64,000 bases of DNA from Candidatus Magasanikiibacteriota bacterium. GTDB lineage: Bacteria; Patescibacteriota; Patescibacteriia; Magasanikbacterales; 2-02-FULL-50-9b. The DNA is taken from NCBI GenBank assembly GCA_903893485.1, contig CAITMK010000012.1, positions 83,469 through 147,468 of the forward strand, read 5' to 3'. How positions within the stretch are numbered: the stretch's first letter is position 1; the number at the start of each line of letters is the position of its first letter. This document shows positions 39,465 to 51,256 of this stretch, piece by piece. A program made the translations under genes and the position numbers. Below the pieces are notes generated by a model. The model did not search any database. It saw nothing but the letters and a program-made list of their open reading frames with translations, and was not told the origin of the DNA.

Positions 39465-41087
39465 ATGAAATACATCTTCGTGGTTGGCGGTGTTATGTCT
39501 GGTGTTGGTAAAGGCGTTACGACTTCTTCAATTGGCGCGCTGCTGCGAGCAAAAGGTTTGGCAGTAACGGCGGTTAAAATCGATCCGTACATTAATGTTG
39601 ATGCCGGCACCATGAATCCAATTGAACACGGTGAAGTTTTTGTAACTGTTGATGGCGACGAAACCGATCAAGACATTGGCAACTACGAACGTTTTTTAGA
39701 TACAAATATTACGGCCGTGAATTATATGACCACGGGCCGCGTGTATCAATCAGTTATCGAACGCGAACGCGCCATGGGATATAAAGGTAAATGCGTTGAG
39801 GTGGTGCCAGATGTGCCAAATGAAATCATCGATCGCATTCAGCGCGCCGGAAAAAATGCAAAAGCCGATGTCGTGTTGATTGAAATTGGTGGCACGGTTG
39901 GAGAATATCAAAATGTTTTATTTTTAGAAGCTGCCCGCACCATGAAATTAACGCAACCACGCAATGTGATTACGGTGCTGGTAAGCTATTTGCCCGTACC
40001 AGGTGCGATCGGCGAAATGAAAACCAAACCAACGCAATTTGCCGCGCGTACTTTAAATGCTACCGGTATTCAGGCCGATTTAATTGTGTGTCGCAGTGTG
40101 CAAAGTTTAGATGAGCCACGCCGTCGCAAACTCGCATTATTTTGTAATGTTGCTGCAGAAGATGTAATCGCAGCGCCCGATGTTTCTAGCATTTACGAAG
40201 TTCCAATTATTTTTGAACAACAAAAAGTTGCCGAGCGTGTGATGAAAAAATTATCTTTGCGTGCCAAGAAAAATGACATGGCGCCATGGAATAAATTATT
40301 GCACACGATTCAACATCCAAAACGGGAAGTGCAAATTGCAGTGATTGGAAAATATTTTTCAACCGGAAATTTTGTTTTGTCGGATGCGTATATTTCTGTC
40401 ATCGAGGCAATCAAACATGCAGCGTGGGCCAATGGCGTAAGCGCAAAACTCACCTGGATTTCATCCGAAGAGTACGAAAAGACGCCAGCCCGCATCAAAG
40501 AACTTTCAAATTTTGACGGCGTCGTGGTGCCTGGTGGATTTGGCGCGCGTGGTTTTGAAGGAAATATCGCTGCAATTAAATATGTGCGCGAGAAAAAAAT
40601 TCCGTACTTTGGTTTGTGCTATGGTTTGCAAATGGCAGTTATCGAATTTGCGCGTCATGCATGCGGAATAAAAAGTGCACACACATTGGAAGTTGATCCA
40701 AAAACACCAGACCCAATCGTGCACTTTATGCCTGGCCAAGCAGAAAAGATTTTGACCAAAAAATATGGCGGCACCATGCGTCTTGGTTCGTACGATTGTA
40801 CACTTGCAAAAAATTCAGTGGCACGCACCGCGTATGGCCAAGAAAAAATTTCAGAGCGACATCGTCATCGCTATGAAGTAAATAATAAATATCGCGAGGT
40901 GCTGGAGAAAAAAGGCCTGGTGTTATCCGGCATCAACACGGAATTTGATTTGGTAGAAATTGTTGAGCTACCACGCGCCGTACATCCATTTTTTGTGGGC
41001 GTACAATTTCATCCAGAATTTCAGTCGCGTCCACTGCGACCGCATCCATTGTTTAAGGATTTTATTAAAGCCGCACTCAAGGGTTGA
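39465..41087 (+). CDS. pyrG: CTP synthase
   Basis: GGVMSGVGKG, KIDPYINVDAGTM, KTKPTQ, VPGGFG, GLCYGLQ, RHRHRYEVN, QFHPE. Confidence 0.98.
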   Translation: MKYIFVVGGVMSGVGKGVTTSSIGALLRAKGLAVTAVKIDPYINVDAGTMNPIEHGEVFVTVDGDETDQDIGNYERFLDTNITAVNYMTTGRVYQSVIERERAMGYKGKCVEVVPDVPNEIIDRIQRAGKNAKADVVLIEIGGTVGEYQNVLFLEAARTMKLTQPRNVITVLVSYLPVPGAIGEMKTKPTQFAARTLNATGIQADLIVCRSVQSLDEPRRRKLALFCNVAAEDVIAAPDVSSIYEVPIIFEQQKVAERVMKKLSLRAKKNDMAPWNKLLHTIQHPKREVQIAVIGKYFSTGNFVLSDAYISVIEAIKHAAWANGVSAKLTWISSEEYEKTPARIKELSNFDGVVVPGGFGARGFEGNIAAIKYVREKKIPYFGLCYGLQMAVIEFARHACGIKSAHTLEVDPKTPDPIVHFMPGQAEKILTKKYGGTMRLGSYDCTLAKNSVARTAYGQEKISERHRHRYEVNNKYREVLEKKGLVLSGINTEFDLVEIVELPRAVHPFFVGVQFHPEFQSRPLRPHPLFKDFIKAALKG

Positions 41088-41150
41088 CGCATAAGAAAAA
41101 AAAGGTTATTATCCGGGCACGTGGCCACTTTGGCCGCACAAGGAGGCCTC

Positions 41151-41633
41151 ATGCCGACTGGCATAGGTGAAGGTGTTCGAGTTATTGATTGTTCGGTACC
41201 GCTCAGGCAGATTCTGAGCGAGTTGGCGCAGAAGAGGAACGTGGTTTTGGCGCACGATGAAATGCGCAAACTCCCGTTCCACGTGCATCTGGGGGATTTC
41301 ATGAGTTATCCCGCGGATTTTACGGCGCGCAACTTGCGGGTGCTGCGGTTTAATCGGTTGTTTAAAACCAAGGATGAATTGCTCGCGATGATGGCGAAGC
41401 GTCATGGAAAACCGGCGAACGCATTCGCGCTGGCCGCCATATTGGAAGATTTGCTGCCGACCGCAGTGGATGGCCCGGTGATTGCCATCGGTTTTCGCGA
41501 ATTGGGGTCGATGCCGGAACAGGTGCTGCGCGCGCTTCCGTCGCACGACAAAACCCATTGGATCATCGATGTTGCGGCGCTCTATTCGGCGCTGGGCCCC
41601 GAGAACTTTTACCTCATCGTTGGAAATCGGTGA
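41151..41633 (+). CDS. Hypothetical protein (orphan cassette)
   Basis: AAGGAGG before ATG 41151; TTGACG(41084)-17-TATTAT overlapping the pyrG stop; terminator 41644-41682. Confidence 0.68.
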   Translation: MPTGIGEGVRVIDCSVPLRQILSELAQKRNVVLAHDEMRKLPFHVHLGDFMSYPADFTARNLRVLRFNRLFKTKDELLAMMAKRHGKPANAFALAAILEDLLPTAVDGPVIAIGFRELGSMPEQVLRALPSHDKTHWIIDVAALYSALGPENFYLIVGNR

Positions 41634-41643
41634 GCAGTGTTTC

Positions 41644-41729
41644 GTCGGCGTCTTGCCATTTTGGCAGGGCGTCGGCTTTTTTAAATAAAAAAATTCCGCC
41701 GACGCCCAAGGAGTGGGCGCGCGGCGGAG
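41644..41729. terminator. Back-to-back terminators of two convergent orphan genes
   Basis: GTCGGCGTCTTGCCA/TGGCAGGGCGTCGGC plus T6; then A-run plus TCCGCCG...CGGCGGA. Confidence 0.7.
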
Positions 41730-41748
41730 GTTGCAATGCAAGATCGAA

Positions 41749-42195
41749 CTACGCAGCGGGCTTTTTGGCGCGCGCGGCAGCGATCGTCATGTGCGTGGTG
41801 TGCTCATTCCAGCGTGGAATTTCTTCGAGCAGCTTGTTGAGCGCGGTTTCGCACAGGTGTTTAAAGAGTTCGCAGTCCTTAGCGCGGTCATCGGTGGCGC
41901 TCAGGTTCGTATGGACCGAGAGCCACCGCACAAACGCAAGATCCTCCGCTTCGGGCGACGTCTGAATGTGAATGCTGAAAAGCGGAAATGGCTTCCACCC
42001 GTGGTGCTCGAGCAGTCCCTCGGTGATGGGGATGAGGCGCAGATCCTTTCGCACCAAATCGCGCTCCAAAAGTAGCTGCATGGAGCGAAGTGCGCCGCGG
42101 GGCGTTTCCCAGGACAAAAGCTGCAAATCTCTTCGCATCGCCTCCGTGATGCGGTTTAGGCGGCGAACTTTCTGCAAATGATTGAATTCCTGCAT
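41749..42195 (-). CDS. Hypothetical protein (orphan cassette)
   Basis: GGAG 6 nt before ATG 42195; TTGACA at 42257-42252. Confidence 0.62.
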   Translation of the reverse strand: MQEFNHLQKVRRLNRITEAMRRDLQLLSWETPRGALRSMQLLLERDLVRKDLRLIPITEGLLEHHGWKPFPLFSIHIQTSPEAEDLAFVRWLSVHTNLSATDDRAKDCELFKHLCETALNKLLEEIPRWNEHTTHMTIAAARAKKPAA

Positions 42196-42371
42196 TTCTG
42201 ACTCCAACAGTACGGCGACTGTGGGTGTAGTTTTGCATTATGCGGTTGGTTTGTCAATGCAAAGGGTTACACAGCAACTTATATTTTTTAGCAAGAGATT
42301 GACATATAAGGCTCAATTCAGTACGCTGAAAATGCCAAATCATTGGCCGTTGTGAAAAGGAAGGTGGTTCC

Positions 42372-43192
42372 ATGTCTAAACATTTTGAACGCGTGATCGC
42401 GTATCGTACGACGATGCTTCAATTTGCGTATGAGCAGCTCAGGTCTCTCTGCAACTTTGTCTACATTCCACAGGATGGCAAAGGTATCGACGCGCTGCGG
42501 TGCGATCCGAATCTGACGTTCGAACAGGTGCAAGGCTTGGCGGGTGCCGCATATGGCATACGTCGATTCATCCACAAGTTGTGCGCAGTGCCGCGCGGAC
42601 TGACGGCTGCTGAGCGCGAGCAGTTCCACGCCCGGTTGCAATCGGGTGCGACCCAAATGGCATTTATTGCAGCCAATGGGCATTCGATCGAACCAAGTGC
42701 TCAACTCGCAACACGCCTGTACGTCACGGCTCTTCGTGAATGGATGCGTCAGCGGCGCAGTTTCAAGCAGGGCAATAAGTTCTGGGAGCAGAACGCAGTA
42801 TCGTACTTGCTGATCTGCGCAAGAACACGGTGGGGAAGATTCCGGCAGATTATACGCCGGCGGACTTTCACACGGTGTGTGGCCTCGAGTTCCGCTTTGT
42901 GGAGGATCCACAGGGCAAGAATGAGCGGGGCAAGGTGGTCGTGAACAGCAAGGCGCTTCAGAAGGGCGCGCGATTGCCGCTCATTGTGATTTTGCCGCCA
43001 CAGGAGCTGACGTTTCGCAAGATGCTTCACTGGCTTGGCATGGCGTTGCACTGCTGCCGATTCAACAATCCCTCAATCGGGGCCCCCGATTTGTGCGGCA
43101 TCGACTTGAACGTGATCGCAGACCAAAACCTGGGCATGCTTTACCACATCCAGAACGAGGCCGACGAGCTCGTCAAGCGCGTGCCGGCGTAG
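42372..43192 (+). pseudogene. Hypothetical protein, apparently one gene with a -1 frameshift (ORFs 42372-42944 and 42830-43192)
   Basis: Single promoter TTGACA(42299)-17-TACGCT and single terminator 43214-43249; 115-bp overlap; tail of ORF1 is Arg-rich and off-frame-like. Confidence 0.55.
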
Positions 43193-43336
43193 TCATCGCA
43201 TCATTCCTCTTCACCCCCTCGTACGCGCCACGCGTGCGGGGGACTTTTTTATTGTTGACAAAATTGCTTGCCTCAGGTACAATAATTTCAGACTAGTCTT
43301 AGACTAGTTCATTTTTTTAGAAAAACAAAACCCACT

Positions 43337-44527
43337 ATGTCCAGCGCAATCATGGCCGCAATGAAACAAATTGCGGACGAAAAAGGAATTAAAGTAGAAA
43401 CCGTGCTCGACGCCATTGAACAGGCGCTCGCGGCGGCTTTTCGCAAAGATTTTGGTACCAAAAATCAGAATATTGTTGTAAACTTTGACGCCGAAACCGG
43501 CGGCATGAAAGTGTGGGACATTAAAACAATCGTACCAGACGCTGATTTAGAAGAAATCCAGCGTCTTGATGAAGAAGAAGCGCGTTTGCGCGACGAAGCG
43601 TTGGGCCGCGGCGAAGAGCCGCCAGCTGAAGATCCAAACCGTCCACGCTTCAACCCAAAAACAGAAATCATGATCACCGAAGCAAAGAAATTGCAGGGCG
43701 GTGTTTCAATTGGCGACGAATTAAAATTGCCACTCGAAATCACCACTGATTTTGGCCGCATGGCAGCCATGACCGCAAAACAGGTGATCACACAGAAACT
43801 TCGCGAAGCAGAACGCCTCATGATTTACGAAGAATACAAAGACAAAGTCGGCGAAATTTTGATGGGTACCGTGCAGCGTCGCGAAGGCCGTAATTTCCTT
43901 ATCGACTTTGGTCGCTTTAGCGTTATTTTGCCACCCGAAGAACAAATCATCGGCGAATTTTTGCGCCCTGGTGCACGCGTAAAAGTATTTGTGGTTTCTT
44001 GCAACCTTGGTAATCGTGGCCCAGAAGTTGTGGTGTCACGCGCACATCCAAACATGGTTCGCACCGTATTCGAACAAGAAATTCCTGAAGTACAAAACGG
44101 CACCGTACAAATTAAAGCGGTTGCACGCGAAGGTGGTTCACGCAGTAAAGTTGCGGTGTTCACCACCGAAGAAGGTGTTGATCCAATTGGCGCATGTATC
44201 GGCCAGCGTGGTACTCGTATCCAAACCGTTATTGCGGAATTGGGCGGCGAAAAAATCGATATCATTTTGTGGAACGAAGATCCAAAACAATTTATCACTA
44301 ACGCACTTTCACCAGCGCACGTTGTTGCAATTGAATTAAACGAAGAACAAAAAGTTGCATTGGTAACCGTACCTGCAGATCAGTTCTCACTTGCAATTGG
44401 TAAAGGCGGTCAGAATGTTCGTTTGGCTGCAAAATTAACTGGTTGGACCATTACCGTTCAGCAAGCAGAAGGCGTAGAAGTTTCAGAACCAGAAGCAATT
44501 GAACCAACAGAAGAATCAGCGGAATAA
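43337..44527 (+). CDS. nusA: Transcription termination/antitermination factor NusA
   Basis: FGRMAAMTAKQVI.Q, S1 and KH domains, GACIGQRG.R, LAIGKGGQNVRLAAKLTGW; TTGACA-17-TACAAT promoter at 43255. Confidence 0.98.
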   Translation: MSSAIMAAMKQIADEKGIKVETVLDAIEQALAAAFRKDFGTKNQNIVVNFDAETGGMKVWDIKTIVPDADLEEIQRLDEEEARLRDEALGRGEEPPAEDPNRPRFNPKTEIMITEAKKLQGGVSIGDELKLPLEITTDFGRMAAMTAKQVITQKLREAERLMIYEEYKDKVGEILMGTVQRREGRNFLIDFGRFSVILPPEEQIIGEFLRPGARVKVFVVSCNLGNRGPEVVVSRAHPNMVRTVFEQEIPEVQNGTVQIKAVAREGGSRSKVAVFTTEEGVDPIGACIGQRGTRIQTVIAELGGEKIDIILWNEDPKQFITNALSPAHVVAIELNEEQKVALVTVPADQFSLAIGKGGQNVRLAAKLTGWTITVQQAEGVEVSEPEAIEPTEESAE

Positions 44528-44551
44528 TTTTTTCGCTTTAACCTCTTTCTT

Positions 44552-45271
44552 ATGAAAGAATTTTTTACCGCTCTTTTATATCGTCCGCTGTATAATTTGC
44601 TCATCGCATTGGTTGCGCTCATGCCGCATCACGATTTTGGTTTAGCAATTTTGGCAATCACCATTGTGATTCGTCTCATTTTGCACCCATTTTCTGCGGT
44701 CGCACTTCGTTCACAGCGCCTCATGCAACAGTTGCAGCCAAAACTCACTGAGCTCAAAGAAAAACACAAAGACGACAAACAAGCATTCACGCAAGCGACC
44801 ATGGAGTTGTACAAAAACAACAAAGTGAGTCCATTTTCTTCGTGCTTGCCGCTGCTTTTGCAGTTGCCAGTTTTACTTGCGCTCTATTGGGTTTTGCGCG
44901 CGGGCCTCAAAGAAGTTGATCCAACCATGTTGTATCATTTCACGCCATATCCAAAGATGTTTTCATCGCTTGCGTTTGGATTTTTGGATTTGAACAAAGT
45001 GAGTTATGTGATTGCAGTGCTCGCGGGTGCCGCACAATTTGTGCAAACAAAAATGTTGCAGGTTCCACCACCACTCGTAAATACCAACGGTTCCAAAGAT
45101 GAACAGATGATGGTAAACATGAACAAACAAATGTTATACCTCATGCCGGTCATGACCATTATTATTGGTATTAAATTGCCAGCAGGTTTGACGTTGTACT
45201 GGCTTTTTAGCACCTTGCTTACGGCAGCGCAACAGTGGTATATTTTCCGCAATCTAGAAAAAAATACGTAA
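44552..45271 (+). CDS. yidC: YidC/Oxa1 membrane insertase (short form)
   Basis: FGLAI...T..IR..L.P, MQ.LQP, CLPLLLQLP, PAGL.LYW. Confidence 0.92.
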   Translation: MKEFFTALLYRPLYNLLIALVALMPHHDFGLAILAITIVIRLILHPFSAVALRSQRLMQQLQPKLTELKEKHKDDKQAFTQATMELYKNNKVSPFSSCLPLLLQLPVLLALYWVLRAGLKEVDPTMLYHFTPYPKMFSSLAFGFLDLNKVSYVIAVLAGAAQFVQTKMLQVPPPLVNTNGSKDEQMMVNMNKQMLYLMPVMTIIIGIKLPAGLTLYWLFSTLLTAAQQWYIFRNLEKNT

Positions 45272-45283
45272 CAAGTTTGCCCT

Positions 45284-45535
45284 ATGCGGCGCATGTTGGT
45301 TAGTGAGATTCGTGGTATGGCGGTGTTCACTGAAAGTGGTACCGCACTTGGTACTTGCAAAGATGTGTACATTGATATGGACACCGGGCGCGTGCTTCAA
45401 TTTGTGGTCGGCAAACGGCTGATCGATGTTGGCGAGCATTTGCTTATTGGTATCGAAGACGTGCGCGATGTGACCGACGACACAATTATTGTGCGCGACG
45501 CATTTGTTGGATTGGGTGCAGCGTTACCCGCTTAA
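45284..45535 (+). CDS. PRC-barrel protein
   Basis: G..V.T..G..LG...D..ID..TG.V. Confidence 0.8.
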   Translation: MRRMLVSEIRGMAVFTESGTALGTCKDVYIDMDTGRVLQFVVGKRLIDVGEHLLIGIEDVRDVTDDTIIVRDAFVGLGAALPA

Positions 45536-45536
45536 T

Positions 45537-46283
45537 ATGTTTGATCAAACTCACGCCATAAAACTATTTGAGGTGAGTGGATACGGAATTCATCCGGTGC
45601 GCGCGGCGCGTTTGGGTGGCGGGGAAGTTGCAATGCCACAAGATTTTGTTTCGGCACACGCAGCGGTTGCGGCGCAACGTAAAATGCGTCGCGCATGGCG
45701 CGTGGGAAAAATATTAGCATGCATGCCATTTGTGCGCGCCGCGGCTGTTTGCAATTCGCTTGCGTTTGGCATGGTGCACGAGCAAAGTGATATTGATTTA
45801 TTTATTGTGGCAGCACCTCATCATGTGTGGGGCACGCGATTTTTTGTAACCAGTTTGCTGACTGCGTTTCGGCTGCGTCCAGGTGAGGCAACACGTGATC
45901 CGATTTGTGCAAGTTTTTTTATCGACGAATCAATTACCGACTTGTCACGATTTCAATTGGCGCGCGATCCTTATTTTTATTTTTGGGAACGAAGTTTATT
46001 GCCGCTGTTTGGCACACACAAAACATTTGAGCATGGCGGCATTTTAACGGAACCATTTTGTGTGCACACTGGTGCGGCTTCGCGTGCAACGCACACGGTT
46101 GCAGAATTTTTTGCGCAGATTATTCCAGAAAAGTTTTTTCAAAAATTACAGATCGGATTATTTCCGCATGAGGTGCGCGCTGCAGAGGCAGAAGATGGCA
46201 CGAATGTCATGTGGGGAACCGATCACATAAAATTACATACCGGCGATCGCCGCGCTGACATTGAACAAAAAATATATGTTTAG
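45537..46283 (+). CDS. Nucleotidyltransferase-fold hypothetical protein
   Basis: PFVR...VCNSLA...SDIDLFI. Confidence 0.7.
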   Translation: MFDQTHAIKLFEVSGYGIHPVRAARLGGGEVAMPQDFVSAHAAVAAQRKMRRAWRVGKILACMPFVRAAAVCNSLAFGMVHEQSDIDLFIVAAPHHVWGTRFFVTSLLTAFRLRPGEATRDPICASFFIDESITDLSRFQLARDPYFYFWERSLLPLFGTHKTFEHGGILTEPFCVHTGAASRATHTVAEFFAQIIPEKFFQKLQIGLFPHEVRAAEAEDGTNVMWGTDHIKLHTGDRRADIEQKIYV

Positions 46284-47481
46284 TAGAATCATGGTTGCAA
46301 TTATTGCTTTTATTTTGCCGTGGCAAACGCGTTGGCTGCTGCAAACACCAACAATCGGCACATCACGTTTTGAGTTTGGCGTTGTTGGGATTTACGTTTC
46401 AGCTGTAGCGGTATTGATTTGGCTTTGCCAAGAAATATGGATGGCGCGCAAAGAAATTTTTGCGTGGACTCATGCACTTACGCAAGAAAAAAAATATGCG
46501 TTGGGCGCACTCGGAATATTTTTGGCAGCGCAAATTATTTTTTCGCACGCACGACTTCTTACCATACAATTTTTATTACAAGTTTTTTTGCTTATCGGAT
46601 TTGCACTCGTCATTTATTTTCGCCCAACGTTAAAGCGAGCTGCTGCAGCTGGATTTTTATTGGCAGCGGTATTGCAAGCGTTACTTGGTGCGGTGCAGGT
46701 GCCAACCGATGTGACCTTTGCAAATAAGATCATGGGAATTCCACTGCGTCAGGCTTCAACGCCAGGTGTTGCAGTTGTTGTGGCGAATGGTATTCGACAT
46801 CTACGCGCATATGGTGGCCAGCCACATCCAAATGTGTTTGGTATGTTTATGCTTTGCGCGCTGCTCGCATATTTTTGGACACTGCGCACCGCGGCGTCAA
46901 CACAACCGGTGTGGCAGCTCGCAATTTTACTTTGTAGCGGACTATTATTATCTTTTTCACGAACCGCGTGGGCCGGGTTTATAATTTTTGTGGCACTTGC
47001 CTGGTATGCGCGCGCAAAACTTTCTGATCGTCAAAAACAATTATTGCTTACGAGCGCATTCACGATGGCCGCACTCGGTATTATATTTTTTCCATTTATC
47101 ACCGGACGGCTTACAGCAAACGGTGCACTCGAAGATAAATCACTTTCCGAACGTGCAACGGGAATTGCTGAGTGGAAAACGGTTACGCGCAATAATTGGA
47201 TTGTTGGAACAGGAGTTGGTGCCTACACAACAGCACTTACTGACGTTGAAGGATATAATCGCGTTCCAGTGCATGACGTGCCGCTGTTAGTTTTTGCAGA
47301 ATTTGGCGTTATTGGTATGGCGTTATTTGGATTTTTTGCATGGAAATTTTGGCCAAAAAAAGTTTCGCTTTTTGTTTTAATTTTATTACCGGCTGCGCTG
47401 TTTGATCACTATCTGTATTCACTCTGGGCAGGGCAGGTATTGGTGATTTTTACGCTACTTTTTACTCTTGACGTTACCTAA
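46276..47481 (+). CDS. O-antigen ligase family membrane protein
   Basis: Multi-TM; RAYG..PHPN, SFSRTAW, GTGVG.Y, PVH, E.G..G. Confidence 0.85.
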   Translation: MFSRIMVAIIAFILPWQTRWLLQTPTIGTSRFEFGVVGIYVSAVAVLIWLCQEIWMARKEIFAWTHALTQEKKYALGALGIFLAAQIIFSHARLLTIQFLLQVFLLIGFALVIYFRPTLKRAAAAGFLLAAVLQALLGAVQVPTDVTFANKIMGIPLRQASTPGVAVVVANGIRHLRAYGGQPHPNVFGMFMLCALLAYFWTLRTAASTQPVWQLAILLCSGLLLSFSRTAWAGFIIFVALAWYARAKLSDRQKQLLLTSAFTMAALGIIFFPFITGRLTANGALEDKSLSERATGIAEWKTVTRNNWIVGTGVGAYTTALTDVEGYNRVPVHDVPLLVFAEFGVIGMALFGFFAWKFWPKKVSLFVLILLPAALFDHYLYSLWAGQVLVIFTLLFTLDVT

Positions 47482-47535
47482 AAGTCGCGGTATCATCAGT
47501 GCAAAGGTTTAGCACTCTGGGCTCTGGACTGCTAA
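47468..47535 (+). promoter_or_regulatory. groESL promoter and CIRCE operator (HrcA site)
   Basis: TTGACG-17-TATCAT; TTAGCACTC-N9-GACTGCTAA at 47509-47535, one mismatch to consensus. Confidence 0.9.
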
Positions 47536-47556
47536 ATCGCAACTAAACAATTTTTT

Positions 47557-49486
<1,930 letters not shown>

Positions 49487-49630
49487 CAAATTTCGATCAA
49501 AAAAAGTCGCCTGCCCGGGCGGCTTTTTACATTGACAGAAAACGGTTTTAGGTGTAAAAAGGCTTTATCGCTTTGTCCCATTTGGGAAACTTCATGGGCG
49601 CGCGAGGCCCGAATCACCTTTGGAGGAAGA

Positions 49631-51199
49631 ATGAAAAAAGGAATCGCCTTGGTCTTGGCATTGGCCATGACCGGTTGTTTGGGGGAGTATCCCTCGGACG
49701 TCTCAGTGGTTGCGGCAGCAGCTGCGCAGCAAGATGCCGATGTGGCAGCGCTGGCAGAAACTGGCGGCAGCGATGTTTCGTTGGTGGAAAGCACTGATGT
49801 TGCAGATGCTGCCGATGGTGGTGACGCCGATGCGGCTGATATCATCGACAGTGTTGATAGCACTGACACGGCGGATGCGCCTGATACTGCTGATGCGGTT
49901 GAGGACGTTGAAGTCGCTGACAGCGCGGACGAAAGTGACGGTGGTTTTACCGACGCTACTGACGCTACTGAAGTTACCGATGTTGCTGACGCGGCTGACG
50001 TATTCGACGCCGTCGACAGTTTCGATACCAATGACGTCGTGGATAGTGTAGATGGTACGGATGGCACGGATGCAATCGAGTTGACGGATGCGGTTGATAT
50101 CACTGAAGACGCGGATAGCTTTGAAATCGGCGAAGACCTTGTCGACGCCGACGACAGTGCTGATGCGCAAGATGTGCTCGACGCTGAAGATTCGATTGAT
50201 GTTGAGGACGCAGTCGATGTGTCAGACGAGAGTTTGGCGGACAGCGACATCATCTTGATCGACGACACCGCGGTCGACGCTGAAGACATCGCTGACAGCG
50301 CAACTGACTCCATCTCACTCGAGGTGGCGGACACTGAAACGGCGGATGAAGCGGAGGTGGCGGATGTCGACGACTCTCTCGACACGGCCGCCGTGGACGC
50401 CGCCACCGACACAACAGACACCGTTGATGCTGCTGACGCCGCGGCCGACGTGCCAATCACGCCGAACTGCGACGATGGCAATGTCTGCACGAATGACCTG
50501 TACTTCGGCGGCCAGTGTTTTCACAACAGTGTCGCCGATGGGCAATCGTGCTCCACGGGAAATCTGTGTAGCGTTGCTGACAGTTGCCAAAGCGGCGCGT
50601 GCACTTCCGCGGGTCAAAAGACCTGCGACGACGCAAATGCTTGTACCGCGGACAGCTGTGACTCCGCTACGGGTATTTGCTCGCACAAGCCGATCATCTG
50701 GTATGCCGAAGACTTTGAACTGGTCAACGGCGCGCCGAAGGTGCTTGGGTCCGAATGGTTGCTTGGCCAGTACTGGTCCGACGATACGCTCGCCGGCTCA
50801 ATTAGCGGCACCGCGTCGCTGAACACGTACATGCCGGGGAACAAGATCGGCATGGTCACTGCGGAGCTCACGTTTCCATGGACACTGACGGAAGGAGCAG
50901 TGCTTACGTTTTCGTGGCAACGGCCAGGTGGCGTAACGTACCAAGCTGACTACGGCGTGTGCGATGTGAATGACAGTTGCGGCAGTTGCAATCAGGGTTT
51001 TCAGACTTGCGGCGGCTCGTATCCCTCAGGCGCACTGTTTTCGGGCAGTTCAGTCGTGAAAAAGGTTTCGTTCACGGTGCCAATCGCGGCAACAAAGCTG
51101 CGTTTCCGTTACCAGACAACCGGTACCGGGGATGGCGCCGCGTACGGTTCCATGTTCGTCGACGACATCAAGGTGTACCCACCCGGATGTGCGCCGTAA
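49631..51199 (+). CDS. Acidic low-complexity lipoprotein with CDDxNxCTxD Cys repeats (orphan cassette)
   Basis: GGAGG SD; LAMTGC lipobox; long D/A/T/V tract; CDDGNVCTND, CDDANACTADSC; terminator 51221-51258. Confidence 0.8.
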   Translation: MKKGIALVLALAMTGCLGEYPSDVSVVAAAAAQQDADVAALAETGGSDVSLVESTDVADAADGGDADAADIIDSVDSTDTADAPDTADAVEDVEVADSADESDGGFTDATDATEVTDVADAADVFDAVDSFDTNDVVDSVDGTDGTDAIELTDAVDITEDADSFEIGEDLVDADDSADAQDVLDAEDSIDVEDAVDVSDESLADSDIILIDDTAVDAEDIADSATDSISLEVADTETADEAEVADVDDSLDTAAVDAATDTTDTVDAADAAADVPITPNCDDGNVCTNDLYFGGQCFHNSVADGQSCSTGNLCSVADSCQSGACTSAGQKTCDDANACTADSCDSATGICSHKPIIWYAEDFELVNGAPKVLGSEWLLGQYWSDDTLAGSISGTASLNTYMPGNKIGMVTAELTFPWTLTEGAVLTFSWQRPGGVTYQADYGVCDVNDSCGSCNQGFQTCGGSYPSGALFSGSSVVKKVSFTVPIAATKLRFRYQTTGTGDGAAYGSMFVDDIKVYPPGCAP

Positions 51200-51256
51200 G
51201 GTGAAGAAGGGGTGACCCGTTCCCGCGCTTGGTTTTACCAGGTCGCGGGGATTTTT

